The position numbers and the translations under genes are program-made. A stretch of 64,000 nt of DNA from the NCBI RefSeq assembly GCF_006345805.1, contig NC_043014.1, positions 39,370,001-39,434,000 of the forward strand, given 5' to 3'. This stretch comes from Octopus sinensis. Taxonomy: Eukaryota. Under the pieces are notes generated by a model. The model made no database searches, was not told the DNA's origin, and worked only from the letters and a program-made list of their open reading frames with translations. Below, one piece after another: positions 11,572-22,058 of this stretch (position 1 is its first letter; each line of letters opens with the position of its first letter).

Positions 11572-11972
11572 TTTAGAGAGACTTAGTAATTTTAATATTT
11601 CTATTATTGAAAACAAGTGGATGTATTCCACTGAAACTAGGTAAATAGATTCTTCGAACAGGGACAGTCAGTAGCGACACCTGCTGGGTCTGACTACGCT
11701 GCATTGATAAAGGGCAAATACCCTGAAACATGTCTGCCGCTGTCTGACTGGCAGGATGAAGCGGCTGACCTCCCCTGTTCGAAGGTTTATAATGGACGCA
11801 GGTTGTGTTTCAAATAGCTAGCTTGAGGCGGTGGCCTCTTGGCGCTAATCAGCGACAGCTTTAGTCTTATATCTATAAGACTGCCATATTAGTATGGCGA
11901 TAACTATTAATTTCCAGTAACGCTGCCGTAATCTCCTTTAGAGAGACTTAGTAATTTTAATATTTCTATTAT
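11572..11972. mobile_element. Penelope-like pseudo-LTR unit with identical 36-bp direct end repeats
   Basis: TTTAGAGAGACTTAGTAATTTTAATATTTCTATTAT at 11572-11607 and 11937-11972 (365-bp period); a hammerhead motif lies inside. Confidence 0.65.
11698..11740 (+). ncRNA. Minimal type-I hammerhead ribozyme motif with compensatory U3-A8 core
   Basis: GCTGCA-TTGATAA-AGGG CAAATA CCCT-GAAA-CATG-TC-TGCCGC; stem III ACATGT is palindromic; GUC cleavage triplet at 11732-11734. Confidence 0.75.
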
Positions 11973-12227
11973 GACAGTTTATCGTTCTCTCTATATATCC
12001 ATTTTCTAGTTTAGATCCTATATTATCACACAGATATCTAGAATTCTCTAATTTCCCCGTCGAACATATAACTATATTTCAGAGACGTTCTTGCCAAGCT
12101 TGTGATTTGATCTGAGACCGCGTGTTGCAACAACATCAATCACTGCGTGAAGATAATTATTAGCCATTGAAAAACATACAGCAATTTGTTAATCTCATTT
12201 AAAATTAAAAAAATAAGATAAATGCGC

Positions 12228-12458
12228 CCTTTCAAAGCCTAGCCAGGCTCATGGGTCCGGTTTCCCGGTTTCTATGGCACATGTGTTCCCCAGCCAGTCC
12301 ATCGCAGCGTTACTCATTTTTGCCAGCTGAGTGGACTGGAGCAACGTGAAATGAAGTGTTTTGCTCAAGAACACAACGCGTCGCCCGGTCCAGGAATCAA
12401 AACCCCAATCTTACGATCATGATGCTGACACCCTAGCCACTAAGCCACGCGCCTCCAC
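12228..12458 (-). mobile_element. tRNA-derived SINE family 5 (CORE-like); partial relatives at 14370-14472 and 61680-61830
   Basis: Head GTGGAGGCGCGTGGCTTAGTGG; centre GTTGTGTTCTTGAGCAAAACACTTCATTTCACGTTGCTCCAGTCCACTCAGCTG. Confidence 0.8.
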
Positions 12459-12518
12459 TTTAAAATAATAAAAAAAAATGTGCTCTTTTAAAGCCTAGCC
12501 AGGCCCATGGGCCCTCTG

Positions 12519-12914
12519 GGATCTTTTCGGTTTGAACGGCAGTTTTTTCTAGCGGTGTCATATGAAATTGTCACCCATAATTATGACCCTAGAATCGATC
12601 TATTGCATTTCAATCTGTTTTAGGGTTAGGGAAGGGTATCTTTTTTTTCTTCACAAATGTAAATAAACCCAACCTGTTTCTTGAACGAGGGACATATTCA
12701 TACGGCACAGAATGCTTTTTAACTCAATAGACGTCACTGATTGGTTGAAATTGAAGAAAAAAAACAACAAATATCTTACAAACTATAGAATTTTCTCAAT
12801 AAAGCCAAGAGAAAAAGATGTTTTATAAACACATTCTACCAGTATACGAAGTTTAAAATTTTTTAGTTACCTAGAAATTATGTTAAAAAACTGCCGTTCA
12901 AACCGAAAAGATCC
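12519..12914 (+). mobile_element. Merlin-like MITE, no clear TSD
   Basis: Both TIRs present; flanks GCCCTCTG and ACCCTGTT differ. Confidence 0.85.
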
Positions 12915-13136
12915 ACCCTGTTTCCCAACCTCATTTAAACAATTTTTAATTTGGTGTTTAAATTTTCGTCGCATCAGTTGCCAACTTTGTTACTTATACA
13001 GTTCCACAACAATTCACTGAATGAATGCGACGAAAATTTCGATACAAAATAATAAATGTTTAATCCTAAACATCCATGCTTGTTTCCAAACTGTTACAAA
13101 GCCTTTGTTTCATAAGTTCTGAGTAGTATAAAGCTT

Positions 13137-13555
13137 GGATCTTTTCGGTTTGAACGGCAGTTTTTTTCTAGCGGTGTCATATGAAATTGTTACCCATAAT
13201 TATGACCCTAGTATTGATCTATTGCATTTCAATCTGTTTTAGGGTTAGGGTTAGTTAGGGTTAGGGGTGGGGGAAGGGTATCTTTTTTTTCTTCACAAAT
13301 GTAAATAAACCCAATCTGTTTCTTAAACGAGGGACATATTCATACGGCACAGAATGTTTTCACCTCAATAGACATTGATTGGTTGAAATTGCAGAAATTG
13401 AAGAAAAAAAAACCAACAAATATCTTACAAACCGTAGAATTTTCTCAATAAAGCCAAGAGAAAACGATGTTTTATAAACACATTCTACGAAGTTTGAAAG
13501 TGTTTAGTTACGTGGAAATTATTTTAAAAAAGTGCCGTTCAAACCGAAAAGATCC
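13137..13555 (+). mobile_element. Merlin-like MITE, TSD TAAAGCTT
   Basis: TIRs; TSD at 13129-13136 and 13556-13563. Confidence 0.9.
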
Positions 13556-14173
13556 TAAAGCTTTCCTTTCATAAGTCTCAAGTTACCCTGGTGGTTGAAA
13601 AAACATGGGAATATGTATAATAGATGATGCATGGACACCAGGGAAATATGTCTTTTGTATCACGTGATTCACTGAACAAGCAAAGGTGAAAGTGAAAGTG
13701 GGTTTTTGAATGGTTAATTGTGTCTCCTACGCTGTAATAGTGTTATAATTAAACTGATTCAACGGAGTTCTTCCTTTCCTCCTTTAGTTAGTAAATATAT
13801 TAAAAAAAAACAAACAAATACTGCAAATTACGAAAGCTTTGGCGAAATAACAAAAGGGATAAAGTCTGTTGGCTTTTTAAATAATCTAATCTAAATTTCA
13901 CAAAAATCACGTCTATTAGATATGTCAGAACTATACAAGTGGTTATAAGCTTTAAGTATCTTGTTCTCTTATCAGACGAAAAATCGGCCTGTCTTCACGT
14001 TAAATTGACGACGTAGCAAGGTCATCAATAAACCTTTAAACGCTGACAAATAATCAGAGCATATCGGCCAAGAGAATAACAATGAAATATTTTGTAAAAA
14101 AATAAGGTTCATTAGTTTTGGGTCAATGTTGATAGACTCAACAAAATACTTCCGTACTTTTAATTCTATTTAA

Positions 14174-14850
14174 TGCGACGAGCTGGCAGAATCATTAGCA
14201 CGGAGGACGAAATGCTTAGCAGTATTTCGTCTGCCGCTACGTTCTGAGTTCAAATTTTGCCAAGGTCGACTTTGCTTTTCATCCTTTCGGGGTCGATAAA
14301 TTAAGTACCAGTTACGCACTGGGGTCGATATAATCGACTTAATCCGTTTGTCGTCTGTGTTCCCCAGCAGGACGGGACGCCAGTTCATTGCAGCGTTAGT
14401 CATTTTTGCCAGCTGAGTGGACTGGAACAACGTGAAATGAAGTGTTTTGCTCAAGAACACAACGCGTCGCTCGGTCAAGGAACGTTCTGAGTTCAAATTC
14501 CGCCGAGATCGATTTTGCCTTTCATCCTTTTTGGGTCGATAAATTAAGTACCAGTTACGCACTGGGGTCGTGTAATCGACTTAATCCGTTTGTCTGTCCT
14601 TGTTTGTCCTCTCAATGTGTAGCTCCTTGTGGACAGTAAAGAAATAAGAATCGTTAGCACGCCAGGTAAAATAATTGGTGGCATTTCGTCCGTTTTTACG
14701 CTCGAGTTTAAATTCTGCCGAGGTCGACCTCACCATTTATCTTTTCGGGGTCGATAAAATAAGTAGTAGTTGAGCACTGGGGTTGATGTAATTAACTAGT
14801 CCCTTCCTGCAAAATATCAGGCTTTGTGCCTACAGCAGAAAGGATTATTG
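14174..14850 (+). mobile_element. Cluster of family 1 SINE copies with an embedded family 5 fragment
   Basis: Three family 1 central domains; family 5 piece at about 14370-14472. Confidence 0.8.
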
Positions 14851-15106
14851 TTATAGCTGTCATAGAGCTTTATTTAACTAAAATTTTATTTAAAATCCGC
14901 TTCAATTTCATCTACCCTAGGCCCATGGCAGGTGCAAATATATCCATTAAATTCAGCCAATTTGTATGAAACCTTTATGCACTTGAAATATCAATTACAG
15001 CGCACACTTTTTTCTCATTATCAGACTCTGTTCACTTCTTTATCCTACCCCTCCATACTCTGACACAAACACACACATATGTCCTTATGTATAGTTGATT
15101 GATTGA

Positions 15107-15126
15107 TTGGATGGATGGATGGATGG

Positions 15127-15162
<36 letters not shown>

Positions 15163-15196
15163 ATGGATGGATGGATGGATGGATGGATGGATGGAT
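15107..15196. repeat. (GGAT)n microsatellite
   Basis: Directly visible. Confidence 0.97.
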
Positions 15197-15570
15197 ATTA
15201 TCTTATCTTCTTATGAAGTTTGAAGTTACTTTGACTGGCCACCTTCTCGGAGGCAAGGCTATTAAGCAAAATAAAGAAAATTAAAAGGTCATTCACGCAG
15301 TCATTCATCTGTTAACTGTCATGATGGTCTTGCAGCTATAATTATAACCGCAACAGAGTATGTGCCAGCACAACTGGAACTTGGATTCTTGAAGAAAGAA
15401 CATGGATCCGTAATTCATATTATACGAATGATCTCTTTGTTGCTGATATAATTATAGCTACAAGCTGAGAGCAATCCATAGTGAAAGTCTTATTGTATTT
15501 TCCTCACTACATTGATATCAAATGGGCGACTGATTGACACAGCAGAGGATATTTCTGTTCTGGAGTTTCA

Positions 15571-15982
15571 GGATCTTTTCGGTTTGAACGGCAGTTTTTT
15601 TCTAGCGGTGTCATATGAAATTGTCACCCATAATTATGACCCTAGTATCGATCTATTGCATTTCAATCTATTTTAGGGTTAGTGGTGGGGGAAGGGTATC
15701 TTTTTTCCTTCACAAATGTAAATAAACCCAATCTGTTTCTTAAACGAGGGACATATTCATACGGCACAGAATGTTTTTTTACCTCAACAGATGTCAGTGA
15801 TTGGTTGAAATTGCAGAAATTGAAGAAAAAAACAACAAATATCTTACAAACTATAGAATTTTCTCAATAAAGCCAAGAGAAAAAGATGTTTTATAAACAC
15901 ATTCTACCAGTATACGAAATTCTAGAATTTTTTAGTTACCTAGAAATTATGTTAAAAACTGCCGTTCAAACCGAAAAGATCC
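15571..15982 (+). mobile_element. Merlin-like MITE, TSD GAGTTTCA
   Basis: TIRs; TSD at 15563-15570 and 15983-15990. Confidence 0.9.
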
Positions 15983-16579
15983 GAGTTTCAAACTATATCA
16001 CGTCGGTGGTGTCTCATTGCTTAGATGATACTTTTATTCTTTTAATTCAACAATCTTTATATTGTCGTTATTTGTTATTTTTTTCTTTTCTCACTCTATT
16101 CCAGGTTGTTCTGCCTAGCACACTAGACCTTTTAAGAAAGAAGCTTCTAGAGGATAAACTATTGCAACCAATGTCTTTAGTTTTGGTTATATATACATAG
16201 CCTACATTAGCTGTAAACTGTTGCCTTCTAGCTTTTGTAGAAAAATTACCAGGCGGTATTTCTTCCAACTGCTTACGTTGTGAGTTTGAATTCGGCCGTG
16301 GTCATCTCCGTACTTTCACGCATTTTCTCTCATTTTCTGATCCCTTTTAGGGATCCGTAATATTAGGGCGTATTTTTTCCTTTGATGATGACCACATTAC
16401 GATTCTTTTTAAAATCTTGTGCCTTTTAAAATCCTTGATTTCTTTTTAAAAATAATATAGTAGGGGTACCAAGAATACCAATATATTTGTAGTGGAGGGA
16501 AATGAGGAAGATGTCACAGATAATGCAAAGATCAAAGGAGAAAATCATGACGATTTTACTCTGGAAGATACAACAGCAT

Positions 16580-17055
16580 AGTAGTGTTGACGTCATGGCG
16601 TTGACGTCATAGTAGTGTTGGCGTCATGTCACATAGTAATGTTGACGTCACATAGTAATGTTGACGTTATGACGTTGACGTCGACGTCACAGCAATACCA
16701 GAAATGAAACGTTCTGATGTCATTACCATATCAGGGACGAAAAGATTTGACGTTACCACTACACCAGTAACGAAAAGCTTTGACGTCACTGTAGTACCGA
16801 AGACGAAAAGCTTTAACATCATTGCCATACAAGAGAATGGTTTAATTTGACGTCATTGTCATACCAGCGAGGGAAAGACTTGACGTTACTGCTTTACCAG
16901 TGAGGAAAAGCTCTGACATTGCCACATCAGCAACAAAAAGCTTTGACGTCACTACCATATTAGCGACTACTACTACATTGTTGCCCGAGGAGAAGAAGAA
17001 CCAACCCTGTGCTTGTAGGAGAAGCGGCAGCAAGTGGCTGCAAAAACAACAATAA
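16580..17055 (+). pseudogene. Decayed coding-like 33-bp (11-aa) repeat rich in TGACGTCA
   Basis: Core motif recurs at 16682, 16715, 16748, 16781, 16814, 16848, 16881, 16914 and 16944. It reads K[SR][FSL]DV[TI]xxPxT in frames 16674-16850 and 16846-17055, separated by a 1-bp insertion. Confidence 0.5.
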
Positions 17056-18080
17056 CAGCATGGACAGCAAATAAAACAAAACAAAGACCACAACGAAACA
17101 ACAACAAAAACTGTGAAAACAACAGAGAAGATTATATCATGAAACTAGCCAATGAACAATTCGCACGCTTGAGTGGAAAGCAGAAGAGATTCAAAAGGGG
17201 CGATAACGTTTCCAGCTGAAGAGATAAATAGCATCCCCCAAAAAGAGACAGTTTGTACATGTGCGTAAACAGTAAGAGTAGAAGCTGTAGAAAGTATTAG
17301 AGAATCGCGTCAAGGATCCCGAAGGAAAAAAAGATTACCTCTAGACTAGAATAAGTGATCACCTTCCACCATTCTTTAGAGTTTCATCTTAAAGTTTCTT
17401 CTTAAAGTAGGGGACAGTATTTCCGAACCACTCAATCCAAGCCGACTGAAAGAGGAGTAAACTTTGCGGTCGTAGGAAAAAAATAACTGCTGCTTACACA
17501 AATGTAACTCCAGGAATTTGTGGGGACAAAATGCTGCCAAGCATTTCGCCCGGCATGCTAAGGAGTTTGCCAACTGTCTGCTTTATGATAAATAAATAGA
17601 AACACTGCTGCCGATAATACACGGATTTTCTGGAGAAACTGATACGAGATAAGAAAAATGCGTTAGAGTAACCTTGAAGGAAAGAACATTGATTAAGAGC
17701 AAAAATATTACGCTAGACAAAGATACTGAGATAACAAAATTAGATCAAATACAGAAATACAAAGAATTAAGGAGTAATGAACTAGAAAGTGTACAACGCA
17801 CAAAAGAAAGAAATATTTTAGAAGAAAATATTACATAAGCATTAATACGTGAAACAGAATTAAATGCAAAAAGGAAGTTAGGTAATAGATATCAATACTC
17901 TAGCTGTTTCAGTAATAATAAATTTTTATACGTTGATTTGGACGCTAAATAAAACTAGCAAGAATAAACAAAAAAACTTAATTCTGTTAATATTTAGCGT
18001 ATTAACAATTAAGTTCATAAAGACCATTTTAAATCCTTTTATCTTATATCATGCCTTAGGTAATAAATAATATAAAACGG

Positions 18081-18473
18081 AAACATTATTTATAACTTCA
18101 TCATACATATCAACAACTGTAGACAATAGTTTAACTGATACTCTCTACTGCATTCTCACATTGATTATTCTTGCTGTCTGCATCGTTTATGCATTTGCCA
18201 TTAAAAAAATATTTTTACACACACACAGACACACGCACATCATTGCACTTGTCTACTTAAACATGTATATCTATAAACATTATTTATAACTTCATCATAC
18301 ATATCAACAACTGTAGACAATAGTTTAACTGATACTCTCTACTGCATTCTCACATTGATTATTCTTGCTGTCTGCATCGTTTATGCATTTGCCATTAAAA
18401 AAATATTTTTACACACACACAGACACACGCACATCATTGCACTTGTCTACTTAAACATGTATATCTATAAACA
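18081..18473. repeat. Apparently perfect 194-bp tandem duplication
   Basis: 18081-18274 is repeated at 18275-18468, with AAACA at the junctions. Confidence 0.9.
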
Positions 18474-18578
18474 CATAAAGTTAATCCAAACAAGAAAGCA
18501 CAAAAAAAACACAACAACTCGAGGACGTGGAACAAATATAGTATTATTGGACGCTCAGGAAAGAAGGAAAGAAGGAGG

Positions 18579-18613
18579 GTTTAACGTTTCGAGCGGAGCA
18601 CTTCGTCGGAAAC
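18579..18613 (-). ncRNA. Degenerate minimal hammerhead motif (CCGACGA core)
   Basis: Minus strand reads GTTT-CCGACGA-A-GTGC TCC GCTC-GAAAC-GTT-AAAC; one stem II mismatch. Confidence 0.55.
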
Positions 18614-18872
18614 ATAGGAGAAAGAAAGATCCAGAGAAGGGAAGACAGAGGGAAAGAAACGGTACACACACACACTTATGTTCGTATAAACAAAAACAAA
18701 ACAGATATACATACAAACTGTATAAACACATGTACGTTCGCTGGTACTTATTTTTGTTAACCCTGTAAGGACGAAATCCCTCGGTAGTATATGACTTCAG
18801 AACGTAAAGGACCGGATAAAAATGCTGCTAAGCATTTTCCCGATGCGCTAATGGTTTTGTCAGCATACTGTC

Positions 18873-18926
<54 letters not shown>

Positions 18927-18948
18927 TAATAATAATAATAATAATAAT

Positions 18949-19198
18949 GATGATATCCCAGGAGAACCATGTCTCAGAGAAATCCAAAAGACTGTGCTGA
19001 CAAGTTCTGTCCACATCCTTAGAAAAACCCTATCAATTTAAATGTCTATGTTGTATAACATGAAGATATTTCGCTACTGCCCTTGCTATTTCCCCTCCCC
19101 AATCTTTCAGTCACACTGTATCATCTCTTGTCCTTCATCGTCGTAGGACGCTGGGTTTGATTCGGCAAGTGATTGTAACAAACATGCAGATTAAAAGT
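18949..19198 (+). mobile_element. R4/Dong-type LINE extreme 3' end between (TAA)n tracts
   Basis: DIPGEPCLREIQKTVLTSSVHILRKTLSI* parallels IQKIALLGTAHILRRTLSIQ of the 9.4-kb copy; TAA runs at 18875-18948 and 19199-19263. Confidence 0.8.
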
Positions 19199-19209
19199 TA
19201 ATAATAATA

Positions 19210-19244
<35 letters not shown>

Positions 19245-19474
19245 TAATAATAATAATAATAATTCTTTCTATTATAGGCACAGGGCCTGAAGTTTTGGGG
19301 GAGGGGACTAGTCGATTACATCGACCTCACAATTTCACTGGTACTTAATTTATCGACCCCGAAAGGGTGAAAGGCAAAGTCGACCTCGGAAGAATTTGAA
19401 CTCAGAATGTAAAGACAGACAAATTGCCTTAAAACATTTTGTCCGGCGTGCTGACAATTCTGTCAATTTCTAAC

Positions 19475-20338
19475 GATGATACAGAACCAAACATATGGGG
19501 AAAGGGAACGCTTGATTATATCGACCCAAGTACTTGACTGATACTTTATTTTAAAGACCCCTAAAAGATAAGACTTCTAGCTAACTTCGACGTGTTTTGA
19601 ACCGCTTCCTGCCTAAAATTCCCGAAAATGTTCAGTCTGTTTTCAGTTGCAAAAGATGTTTGCTAAGTGCTGTGGTTTTCAACCAGGGTTCCGCGGAACC
19701 TTAGGGTTCTGCCAGTACAGTCCAGGGGTTCCGCAAGAAGTTACAAAATTGCTAAAATCGGCAGTAATTTTTAATTCTCCTGTGCAGATATGTGTGCATA
19801 AGACTATTAAATTATTGCACAGGGGTTCCTCGAGCCAGTGAAATATTTTCTTGGGGTTCCGCTCCAGCAAAAAGTTTGAAAAGCACTGGCTAAGTGAGAA
19901 GCAAACAAGTGTGACTCGTACGTATAACTCTAGTAAGGCAATGCATCAAAGCCAAGCGATTTTCTTTTTAAACAATCACTCACCACCAACTGTGGCCTTA
20001 GCTTGGCTATCATTGTCGTTTCTTCTGCTGAGAACGGCAACAAATCTTTCACCTCTAGCGTATTGTTTAAAAAGAAAATCGCTTGGCTTTGACGCATTGC
20101 CTTACTAGAGTTATACGTACGTGTCACACTTGTTTGCTTCTCACTTAGCAAACATCTTTTGCAACTGAAAACAGACTGTGAACATTTTCGGGAATTTTAG
20201 TCAGGAAGCGGTTCAAAACACGCCAAAGTTAGCTAGAAGTCTTATCTTTTAGGGGTCTCTAAAATAAAGTATCAGTCAAGTACTTGGGTCGATATAATCA
20301 AGTGTTCCCTTTCCCCATATGTTTGGTCTTGTATCATC
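19475..20338. repeat. Long inverted repeat (about 275-bp arms, 85-bp spacer)
   Basis: Left arm 19475-19976 (interrupted by a MITE) is the near reverse complement of 20062-20338; spacer 19977-20061. Confidence 0.9.
19670..19888. mobile_element. hAT-type MITE, TSD GCTAAGTG
   Basis: Ends CTGTGGTTTTCAA / TTGAAAAGCACTG; 8-bp TSD at 19662-19669 and 19889-19896; empty site in the right palindrome arm. Confidence 0.88.
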
Positions 20339-20675
20339 AAGTCCCTGATCTCCAGTCTACAATTAAGACCAAACCCTTGCGTAAGGTGCTGCTGGAAATC
20401 CGCACACATTTGCATTAAACCCAACATATCGTGCACATCATGATCTGTTAAAGACATTCAACACTGATCCAACAAACCAATTTGGCTTTCCGTGACAAAG
20501 AGCGTGAGCCTTAGCTCCAACTACATAACTTCCGTGTTTAGTGTCGAAGAAATGGCTGAGCACCTTGCTTTTGTTCATCACAAGAGCACGTCGTTCGCAA
20601 TGGCTTTTTCAGTCACCTCCTTTAAGCAACCGACTAACTCCTTTAATCTATTCTGTAGATATATAATCAGTAAGA

Positions 20676-20852
20676 AGGCGCAGGAGTGGCTGTGTGGTAA
20701 GTAGCTTGCTTACCAACCACATGGTTCCGGGTTCAGTCCCACTGCGTGGCACCTTGGGCAAGTGTTTTCTACTATAGCCTCGGGCCGACCAAAGCCTTGT
20801 GAGTGGATTTGGTAGACGGAAACTGAAAGAAGCCCGTCGTATATATGTGTAT

Positions 20853-20938
<86 letters not shown>

Positions 20939-21113
20939 TGTGTGTGCGTGTATGTTTGTGTGTCTGTGTTGTCCCCCTAGCATTGCTTGACAACCAATAA
21001 GTACTGGGTTTACAAAGAATAAGTCCCGAGGTCGAGTTGCTCGACTAAAGGAGGTGCTCCAGCATGACCGCAGTCAACTGACTGAAACAAGTAAAAGAGC
21101 AAAAGAGTAAAAA
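20676..21113 (+). mobile_element. SINE family 2 (AGGCGCAGGAGTGGCTGTGTGG head) with internal (TA)n(TG)n
   Basis: tRNA-like head, CCTTGGGCAAGTG centre and GTAAAAGA-repeat tail. Homologues at 44232-44670 and 44934-45380; degenerate copies at 35160-35590 (minus), 36570-36880 and 8570-8680. Confidence 0.88.
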
Positions 21114-21663
21114 GGTGTATAATACATATGGACAGATTAGTGCTTAGACGAGATCAAATACTCGGAAAAAAAAAACCCATCGCGAAGTGATGGGAGATAG
21201 GATCCAGGCTAACAAAAGTCGACAATAAAATGAAATAAAAGAGGGATTGGTGGTTGTCAGTGGTATCAAAACATTTATAGATTTGTCATACAGAAGTGAG
21301 TGTAAGTAGAAAAACAGGAAAAGGAAAGTTCATAGAGGTTCTCCTCTCTCTCTCTTATCTGTGATACGAGGGTATGAACTCACTGGATGTCTACCAATCT
21401 ATGAAGCATTATTATGAACTTTCACCTTCCGGTTTTTTCTTGTTTTTCTGTTCAATTATATTTACACTTATTTCAGTTAATTAATTTGTAAATGAGTCGA
21501 TGTCATTAACAACCGCCTGTCAATTTTTTAAAATTATAATCTAATTTACTCTATAGATAATTTTTTTGCAAAATCCTACGGATTCTATTTTGATGACACT
21601 TTTCAAAGAGACTCACTGCAAATGTTGGCGATTGTCCCTATCAAATATCTGGGGGTTTTTTTG

Positions 21664-22058
21664 TCTACCCACAAGGGGTTAAACACAGAGGGGACAAACA
21701 AGGACAGACAAACGGATTAAGTCGATTATATCGACCCCAATGCGTAACTGGTATTTAATTTATCGACCCCGAAAGGATGAAAGGCAAAGTCGACCTCAGC
21801 AGAATTTGCCTGGTATGCTAACGATTCTTATTTCTTTATTGCCCACAAGGGGCTAAACACAGAGGGGACAAACAAGAACAGACAAACGGATTAAGTCGAT
21901 TATATCGACCCCAATGCGTAACTGGTACTTAATTTATCGACCCCGAAAGGATGAAAGGCAAAGTCGACCTCGGCGGAATTTGAACTCAGAACGTAACGGC
22001 AGACGAAATACGGCTACGCATTTCGTCCGACGTGCTAACGTTTCTGCCAGCTCGCCGC
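21664..22058 (-). mobile_element. SINE family 1 dimer
   Basis: Two tandem bodies plus a head ending GCTCGCCGCC. Confidence 0.88.

Noticed and set aside
20340-20420. Possible further R4-type tail (LRKVLLE-SAHI)
   Set aside because: Needs a frameshift and matches only a few residues.
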